A DNA stretch of 64,000 nt, from IMG/VR virus record IMGVR_UViG_3300023179_000033, positions 54,246 to 118,245 of that record, one strand, 5' to 3'. Under the pieces are notes generated by a model. The model was not told the origin of the DNA. It ran no database searches and was given only the letters and a program-made list of their open reading frames with translations. Source of the DNA: a virus. Made by a program: the position numbers and the translations under genes. Positions within the stretch are counted from its first letter, which is position 1, and every line of letters starts with the position of its first letter. Shown piece after piece: positions 59,438 to 64,000 of the stretch.

Positions 59438-59728
59438 ATGAAAGATAAGAACAAAGCAATCAAACCCGAAATCGAAACCTTCTACCTCTTGACCAATGAC
59501 AGGACGAAAACCCCTTGGCTTCAACCCGAAGAAATCCTTTATGTGAAAGACGAAAACACCTTCATCAAAATCAGCGTGAGCCAAGGTGCGGGATATTCCT
59601 CTCGCTGGGATTGGGCAACCGAAAACGCTGTGACCATTACGAAACTCGCAACGAATAAGCATCTCTTGGATAAACTCAATCTCTCGGTTGAAATTGGTAG
59701 AGACATCGCCAAGGCAGAAGGAGTTTAA
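59438..59728 (+). CDS. Hypothetical protein (96 aa)
   Basis: ORF begins exactly at the predicted +1. Confidence 0.7.
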   Translation: MKDKNKAIKPEIETFYLLTNDRTKTPWLQPEEILYVKDENTFIKISVSQGAGYSSRWDWATENAVTITKLATNKHLLDKLNLSVEIGRDIAKAEGV

Positions 59729-59729
59729 T

Positions 59730-59924
59730 ATGGACTTAACAAACAGCGTTCAAAGGTTAAAAGAAGAAATCTACTATGGGAGCGAAGCTCTCCAAAGTTT
59801 AAGTCGAGCAATCCAAATTGCTAAAGATAAAAAACTAAATCGAAACTACTCTATCCCTGACCATATGTGGCCTAGCATAGAAGCAGAGATTGAAGAAGAA
59901 GCTAGCGAATTTCAATACGAATGA
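59730..59924 (+). CDS. Hypothetical protein (64 aa, acidic C-terminus)
   Basis: ATG 59730 with SD AAGGAG; MDLTNSVQRL..EAEIEEEASEFQYE. Confidence 0.65.
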   Translation: MDLTNSVQRLKEEIYYGSEALQSLSRAIQIAKDKKLNRNYSIPDHMWPSIEAEIEEEASEFQYE

Positions 59925-60058
59925 AAAAAATCCTTTTCAAAATAAATAAAAAAACTTTTCGACTCGCAATTTCTCACGGCAATAAGAAAAACTTCTTGAC
60001 AGAAAAATTTTTCTACTACATCTCTGCTGGATGCTTGCATTTACGAGACCTGCTGTAA
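59921..60058 (+). CDS. 45-aa basic peptide
   Basis: ATGA coupling; MKKILFKINKKTFRLAISHGNKKNFLTEKFFYYISAGCLHLRDLL; stop TAA lies in the first arm of P7. Confidence 0.5.
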   Translation: MKKILFKINKKTFRLAISHGNKKNFLTEKFFYYISAGCLHLRDLL

Positions 60059-60131
60059 GTAGTTAAACATCAACGACTTACGACGGCGGCGCAGCGCCCC
60101 CCGCGCAAGTGCTTGACCATCAACGGCTTAC
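60055..60131 (+). repeat. 77-bp paired-palindrome element P7
   Basis: GTAAGTAGTTAA-ACA-TCAACGACTTAC + 23 bp (gacggcggcGCAGcgccccccgc) + GCAAGTGCTTGA-CCA-TCAACGGCTTAC. Confidence 0.88.
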
Positions 60132-60137
60132 AAAAAC

Positions 60138-60171
60138 TTGACAAAAATAAAAAATCTGATATCCTTTTTTT
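60138..60171 (+). promoter_or_regulatory. Early leaderless promoter
   Basis: TTGACA-N16(..TGA)-TATCCT-N6-ATG. Confidence 0.7.
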
Positions 60172-60561
60172 ATGCAAAACAAAATAAAAATCTATGCTCA
60201 ACCAAATGGAAGGTACAATGCGTATTTATTAGAGGCTGATTTCATATCTGCTGAAAGATTTTATAATGCTATTTATAATTTTGGTGGAACCAATTACAAA
60301 TTACAAGATCGTGGAAGTGGCAAAGCATTTTACTTTTATGCAGAGCCAGAAAAATTTCGCAGAGCATTATCTTTCGCTCTTTCAAACAATCTTGAATCGT
60401 GTCTTAGCGAAGGCGATTGGAACCTTCACGCCGAAGCCTTGGCAGACCAAATCATTTCAGAAATAAAACCAGCAATCTTCATAAGTGCTTATCATAGAAA
60501 GAGATACTTTTTTGATAAATCTCTTGACGAATCTGAAAAAACTGATAGGATAACAATATGA
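60172..60561 (+). CDS. Hypothetical protein, paralog of 56783-57202
   Basis: AYLLEADF..FYNAIYNFGGTNYKLQDRGSGKAFYFYAEPE. Confidence 0.75.
   Translation: MQNKIKIYAQPNGRYNAYLLEADFISAERFYNAIYNFGGTNYKLQDRGSGKAFYFYAEPEKFRRALSFALSNNLESCLSEGDWNLHAEALADQIISEIKPAIFISAYHRKRYFFDKSLDESEKTDRITI
60524..60557 (+). promoter_or_regulatory. Early leaderless promoter
   Basis: TTGACG-N16(..TGA)-TAGGAT-N6-ATG. Confidence 0.7.
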
Positions 60562-60722
60562 CAAACGAAATCACCTACCTTGCCTCGATTAACTGCGTTG
60601 AAGCCTATGCTGATGCGGAAGCATTCTTCGACTACATTAACTCCGCAGATACCATCAACGAGATGCTCGACAAGATGGCTCCGAGCTACGACGAAACCGA
60701 TACCATCGTGGAGGTCAAATAA
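60558..60722 (+). CDS. 54-aa acidic protein
   Basis: MTNEITYLASINCVEAYADAEAFFDYINSADTINEMLDKMAPSYDETDTIVEVK. Confidence 0.65.
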   Translation: MTNEITYLASINCVEAYADAEAFFDYINSADTINEMLDKMAPSYDETDTIVEVK

Positions 60723-60723
60723 T

Positions 60724-61008
60724 ATGGACTACAAATTCGAACTGCAAAAGTGGATGAGTGAGCATATGCTGACTCCGCTGGATGTGCGCGACATCCTTAA
60801 CGAAATTCGTAAGGAGCGCGAAGACGAGCGCATCCTCGAATCTTCTCAATCTGAATCCGATCTCTCGGATGTGAACGAATCTATGGATGGCGACTTTGAT
60901 TCTGCTATGGCCTCTGCTGGTCACGGAACTGACGAGGATTACAATGGCGGATGTTACCAAATGGAGGATTTTGGTTGGGCTGGTGATCCAGAAATCTGTG
61001 GAGAATAA
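60724..61008 (+). CDS. 94-aa highly acidic protein
   Basis: Start ATG 60724; ..ESMDGDFDSAMASAGHGTDEDY.. Confidence 0.7.
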   Translation: MDYKFELQKWMSEHMLTPLDVRDILNEIRKEREDERILESSQSESDLSDVNESMDGDFDSAMASAGHGTDEDYNGGCYQMEDFGWAGDPEICGE

Positions 61009-61010
61009 TT

Positions 61011-61124
61011 ATGGAAAAATATATGCTTGCAATCGCAGGGCTTGGAATTTTTTTCCTTGCTCTCGCTTCATTAGAAACCTTTGTCAACTTTCTCATCTGG
61101 CTTTGGGAGCGTAAGCGTAAGTAG
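61011..61124 (+). CDS. 37-aa single-TM peptide
   Basis: MEKYMLAIAGLGIFFLALASLETFVNFLIWLWERKRK; SD GGAG; stop TAG lies within P8. Confidence 0.55.
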   Translation: MEKYMLAIAGLGIFFLALASLETFVNFLIWLWERKRK

Positions 61125-61193
61125 TTAAGTATCAACGACTTGCGGCGGCGGGGCAGCGGCCCTTATGTAACTAATTGATAATCAAAGAGTTAC
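61117..61193 (+). repeat. 77-bp paired-palindrome element P8 at a convergent gene junction
   Basis: GTAAGTAGTTAA-GTA-TCAACGACTTGC + 23 bp (ggcggcgggGCAGcggcccttat) + GTAACTAATTGA-TAA-TCAAAGAGTTAC. Confidence 0.88.
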
Positions 61194-61339
61194 ATCAAAG
61201 CTCGCCAACCTTCAAACTCTTCGTCTATTTCTTTTTGTTTTTGGACGAAATTTTTGTTTGTATCGAGTGGAGGATTATCGTTATCGCTCCACGGAAAAAA
61301 GGTTTCAAGATTTTCGTTTAATAGTTTTTCGATGTTCAC
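61190..61339 (-). CDS. 49-aa acidic protein
   Basis: GTG start with SD AAGGAG; MNIEKLLNENLETFFPWSDNDNPPLDTNKNFVQKQKEIDEEFEGWRALM; stop TAA lies in the last arm of P8. Confidence 0.55.
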   Translation of the reverse strand: MNIEKLLNENLETFFPWSDNDNPPLDTNKNFVQKQKEIDEEFEGWRALM

Positions 61340-61412
61340 TTGTTAATCTCCTTTTGAATTAAAAAGACAAACACAATAGCAAAGATTGAAATGATAAGCA
61401 TAAGATGACATC

Positions 61413-62048
61413 TTAATGCTTTTTGTAGTTAATTGCAAACTCATTTTTATGCCAACACGCACGGCACGAACCGCACTTGTTACCTTGTTTAGAAGATGGG
61501 CAATTAAACTCTCCCTTACTGCTCGCACCACTAACACAAAGCCCAAGTCTTTCTGCTAATCCAACAGGTGCGGGGCCGTTCATCATAAGAGCAGATAAAC
61601 GGATGGTAAGATTAAAGGGAACTTCACCGCCCTTTGCTATATACTCTGAAACGAAACTATACTCACGGGTAGGCAACCAAAAAGAAATATGCGGAAGGTT
61701 TTTTGCTACTTGCACAATCTTTTGAAGATGCCAAACGCCTTGCAAATCGCCCGAATCGTGCCAGCGAAAGTGAGGGTTTTTCGTTTTACCGATAAGATAG
61801 GTCATCGCATCTACCCAAAGATTGTGAGTGAGAGAAGCGAAACGCTTTTCCATCGCCGCTTGAACATTAGGGAAAACATAACGCCCCTTGAGAGCATAGC
61901 AAAAAGCACAAATGCTTCCAGCAATACTACGCATTTTCTGCCCGATAATGCAACGCTTGGCGGGCGTTGAATAAGCATATCCGGGCATCTTTGAAGGTTT
62001 TGAGAGTGTGCCAACAATCTCTTCGGCTTGTTTTTTGTTTTTGAACAT
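61413..62048 (-). CDS. Gp88-like phage protein (Cys-rich, radical-SAM-like fold suspected)
   Basis: LSKPSKMPG..C..SICAFCYA.KGRY..FRWHDSGD..WLPTRE..NLTIRLS..CGSCRACW. Confidence 0.75.
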   Translation of the reverse strand: MFKNKKQAEEIVGTLSKPSKMPGYAYSTPAKRCIIGQKMRSIAGSICAFCYALKGRYVFPNVQAAMEKRFASLTHNLWVDAMTYLIGKTKNPHFRWHDSGDLQGVWHLQKIVQVAKNLPHISFWLPTREYSFVSEYIAKGGEVPFNLTIRLSALMMNGPAPVGLAERLGLCVSGASSKGEFNCPSSKQGNKCGSCRACWHKNEFAINYKKH

Positions 62049-62082
62049 AAAATAAATGTATCACTTTTTTTTCTTGTGACAA
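62049..62082 (-). promoter_or_regulatory. Early leaderless promoter
   Basis: TTGTCA-N16(..TGA)-TACATT-N6-ATG. Confidence 0.7.
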
Positions 62083-62097
62083 GTTTTTTTTACAAAA

Positions 62098-62174
62098 ATA
62101 TCTCGTTGAATATCAACAACTTACAGACGGCGGGCAGGTTCGCTTGCGTAAGTGTTTGATGCTTAAGCAGTTAC
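62098..62174 (+). repeat. 77-bp paired-palindrome element P9
   Basis: ATATCTCGTTGA-ATA-TCAACAACTTAC + 23 bp (agacggcggGCAGgttcgcttgc) + GTAAGTGTTTGA-TGC-TTAAGCAGTTAC; the last arm encodes the ArdC end VTA-stop. Confidence 0.85.
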
Positions 62175-63002
62175 GGCTTCTTCTTCTGGAATCTCTTCGG
62201 TTTCTTTTTTGCCAAGAAAAGCGTCAAATCTTTTTTGGGCTTTGCTAGAAGCTGAGATAATAAAATTCATATCCTTCTTTAATACTTGGAGCCAGCTTGA
62301 GAGATAGCTCGCAGAATTGTTGAAACATTTTTCAGAATCAATTCCGCAGAAGTTAAGACAAAGACTCGCAAAAATCTCTGCGGTCAGTTCCTCTTTGCTA
62401 TAATTCTCTGAACCAAATCCGTTTTTAATATCATCATTGGTTACCTTGTGCATAGCGTGGCCAATCTCGTGAAACGCCGTGGAATAATACTCCTCAACGC
62501 TGTTGAAGTTTTCTTTTTCGGGCAAATCAATTTTATGTTCCTGTGGATAATAACAGGCACGGCTTCCACCATACTTAATCTTGATGATGCACTTGTTAAT
62601 CAACTTTTCTGCTTCTTCTACTGGAGAAAATTCCAGCTTCTTAACTTCGGGCTGTTTCCACTTCAGTCCCTCGATATCGCTTAAACCAAAGACTCTGTAA
62701 TAACGCATCATCGGAAAGCTTTTGGTTTCATTGTCTTTTTCAGACTTCAATAGTTTGTAATAAACTACCATATGAGACTTGGCACCAACTTTGATTCTGC
62801 CGCCAAGTTCTTTAATCTGGTTAAAGGTAAAGAAAAAATCATCCGATGAAACCATCCGAAGCAAAAATTGATTGATTCCCCGATAATTCTTTTTGGAAAC
62901 TCCGTTGCAGAGTTCAAAAACTTTCCAAGGTTTCTGCCAAGGGCACACGCCTTTGTTGAGGGCTTCAATGAATTTTTCTGTGATAATCTCGTTTACTTTC
63001 AT
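62163..63002 (-). CDS. ardC: ArdC-family ssDNA-binding antirestriction protein (DUF1738 plus zincin-like domain)
   Basis: PWQKPW..YRGINQFLL..FTFNQIKELGG..RACYYP..YYSTAFHEIGH..YSKEELTAEI..SASYLSSWL. Confidence 0.9.
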   Translation of the reverse strand: MKVNEIITEKFIEALNKGVCPWQKPWKVFELCNGVSKKNYRGINQFLLRMVSSDDFFFTFNQIKELGGRIKVGAKSHMVVYYKLLKSEKDNETKSFPMMRYYRVFGLSDIEGLKWKQPEVKKLEFSPVEEAEKLINKCIIKIKYGGSRACYYPQEHKIDLPEKENFNSVEEYYSTAFHEIGHAMHKVTNDDIKNGFGSENYSKEELTAEIFASLCLNFCGIDSEKCFNNSASYLSSWLQVLKKDMNFIISASSKAQKRFDAFLGKKETEEIPEEEAVTA

Positions 63003-63036
63003 AGGTTAAATATATCAAAATTTTTCTTTTTGTCTA
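63003..63036 (-). promoter_or_regulatory. Early leaderless promoter
   Basis: TAGACA-N16(..TGA)-TATATT-N6-ATG. Confidence 0.7.
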
Positions 63037-63041
63037 CAAAT

Positions 63042-63118
63042 AAATCTTTCTATCTATCAACAACTTACAAACGCAAGGCTGCTCTGCTTGCGTAAGTCTT
63101 TAATAATCAAAGGTTTAG
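63042..63118 (-). repeat. 77-bp paired-palindrome element P10 (first arm degenerate)
   Basis: ..TCAACAACTTAC (63057-68) + 23 bp (aaacgcaaggCTGCtctgcttgc) + GTAAGTCTTTAA-TAA-TCAAAGGTTTAG; overlaps the tRNA-Glu 3' end. Confidence 0.8.
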
Positions 63119-63187
63119 GGCTAAACGGATTCGAACCGATACACCCTCATTGAAAGCGAGGAGTCCTAACCATTAGACGATAGCCCC
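63116..63187 (-). tRNA. tRNA-Glu (TTC)
   Basis: Acceptor GGGGCTA/TAGCCCT, anticodon loop CT-TTC-AA, T-loop TTCGAAT; one T-stem mismatch; CCA not encoded. Confidence 0.88.
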
Positions 63188-63200
63188 AATATGTAGTATT

Positions 63201-63229
63201 ATTATATTAACTATTTATCTATTTATCAA
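63201..63229 (-). promoter_or_regulatory. sigma70 promoter for tRNA-Glu
   Basis: TTGATA-N17-TATAAT. Confidence 0.7.
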
Positions 63230-63271
63230 TTACTATTTGCTATTTTGTGTAATCTAATTTAGAATTTAGAA

Positions 63272-63451
63272 ATGAAACAACTCAGCGGTCTCTTAGAATC
63301 ATCTGCACTCTATAAAGAATTCCTTCGTGAACGAGAAGAAATCTTAAAACATAAATGGATTGAAAGTGAAAAAGCTGGGCGTGATGTTGGCTTTGAATGG
63401 GCTTTGCTTGATTGGAATTTTAATTATAGAAACAACTGGCGTAGTAAATAA
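63272..63451 (+). CDS. DUF4032-like small protein (59 aa, absent from the ORF track)
   Basis: SALYKEFLREREEILKHKWIESEKAGRDVGFEWALLDW; GTGTAA at 63247-52 upstream. Confidence 0.75.
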   Translation: MKQLSGLLESSALYKEFLREREEILKHKWIESEKAGRDVGFEWALLDWNFNYRNNWRSK

Positions 63452-63525
63452 TCGGGCATGCAGGATTTGAACCTGCGACATCTTGCTCCCAAAGCAAGCG
63501 CACTACCAAGCTGTGCTAATGCCCG
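63452..63525 (-). tRNA. tRNA-Pro (TGG)
   Basis: Acceptor CGGGCAT/ATGCCCG, D stem GCAC/GTGC, anticodon stem CTTGC/GCAAG with TT-TGG-GA, T arm GCAGG-TTCAAAT-CCTGC; CCA not encoded. Confidence 0.93.
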
Positions 63526-63532
63526 AAAAGTT

Positions 63533-63664
63533 TAGTTCTTCCGCTCTCTCTATTCTAGAACTAAAGAGAATATATACCCACCTTTAATTGCCTCAGACTC
63601 TGGGCATTGGGGCTTCAAGGGCTCTTATGGAGGAAGTCATCCTCACTCCTTGCGGAAAGAACTA
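63533..63664 (-). ncRNA. Candidate structured non-coding RNA (about 132 nt)
   Basis: 12-bp closing stem TAGTTCT(T)TCCGC/GCGGAAGAACTA encloses three hairpins; the predicted +1 of the upstream promoter coincides with the 5' stem. Confidence 0.6.
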
Positions 63665-63669
63665 TCTAA

Positions 63670-63697
63670 ATCTTATCATAATTTAGTTCTGCGTCAA
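63670..63697 (-). promoter_or_regulatory. sigma70-type promoter for the ncRNA candidate and tRNA-Pro
   Basis: TTGACG-N16(..TGA)-TAAGAT, same architecture as the early promoters. Confidence 0.7.
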
Positions 63698-63699
63698 AT

Positions 63700-63732
63700 A
63701 AAAAAGGCGAGATTTTTTAGGTCTCGCCCTTT
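63700..63732 (-). terminator. Rho-independent terminator
   Basis: Minus strand GGCGAGA-loop-TCTCGCC-TTTTTT. Confidence 0.7.
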
Positions 63733-63752
63733 CTATAAATATCTCTCTGTTG

Positions 63753-63980
63753 TTAAACTGGCGAGAGACCTCCAGCGATTCTATCATAACGGAACTGGCG
63801 ATGGCCGAATCCGTCACGACCAGAGAAGCACCAAGAAATGAAAAGTTTGTTTCCAGCCTTGGAGACATAATGAGTGGTAGGAACGCCAACGATGTAAGTA
63901 TAAGTCTCGGTTCCATTGTAAGGCTTATAGTTGATGATATACCGCTGTCCTAAAATAAAATAGAACAGACCCTTAATCAT
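63753..63980 (-). CDS. Small protein with WYL-like C-terminal motif
   Basis: 75 aa; WCF..HRQFRYDRI; ends just before the terminator. Confidence 0.5.
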   Translation of the reverse strand: MIKGLFYFILGQRYIINYKPYNGTETYTYIVGVPTTHYVSKAGNKLFISWCFSGRDGFGHRQFRYDRIAGGLSPV

Positions 63981-64000
63981 CTCCCACAGGGTGATGTTGT

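Noticed and set aside
60580-60723. 5' extension of ORF 60580-61008 in the ORF track
   Set aside because: Better explained as 60558-60722 (promoter-aligned ATG) followed by 60724-61008.
56310-63118. CRISPR array interpretation of the 27-bp repeats and 23-bp spacers
   Set aside because: Repeats occur only in pairs, are degenerate and are separated by genes. Spacers share a core motif, and no cas gene is visible.
57584-63118. Elements as simple Rho-independent terminators
   Set aside because: Stems are AT-rich and imperfect with no U-tract. They also occur upstream of promoters, and termination does not explain the fixed 23-bp spacer.
57584-63118. Classical integron attC sites
   Set aside because: No consistent RYYYAAC...GTTRRRY ends, and no integron integrase in the window. 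Only the layout is analogous.
63650-63953. ORFs 63683-63916(-), 63650-63841(+) and 63750-63953(+)
   Set aside because: They cross the terminator and promoter or shadow 63753-63980(-), which ends cleanly before the terminator.
1-64000. Alternative genetic code (stop-codon reassignment)
   Set aside because: Genes are full-length and densely packed under code 11, and TGA and TAG act as stops at overlaps.

Overview
The window is a 64-kb segment of a large, AT-rich tailed dsDNA phage (Caudoviricetes). It is probably a long-tailed siphovirus: there is a 2404-aa tape measure and I recognised no sheath gene. Weak evidence points to a Verrucomicrobia-like host. Positions 1-3650 (+) hold glycosyltransferases and a probable single-strand annealing protein. 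Positions 3653-53931 (-) form the virion module: tail tip and fibres, tape measure, tail tube, neck, LamG proteins, capsid, protease/scaffold, an embedded lysis cassette, portal, terminase, ERCC4 nuclease, a phage sigma factor and PhoH. A GTGTAA motif precedes many of these genes. At about 56.3 kb composition changes abruptly to an early region of very small genes, most driven by sigma70-type promoters that appear to start transcription on the ATG (leaderless). The standout feature is a repeated 77-bp element in this early region. It consists of two 27-bp palindromes (GTAAGTCGTTGA-N3-TCAACGACTTAC) separated by exactly 23 bp with a central GCAG. There are seven paired copies and three single sites, sitting at gene boundaries and often carrying the stop codon, which gives a cassette-like array. 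The window ends with ArdC, tRNA-Glu, tRNA-Pro and a promoter-driven, about 132-nt structured RNA candidate. All family assignments come from motif recognition by eye; no database search was run.
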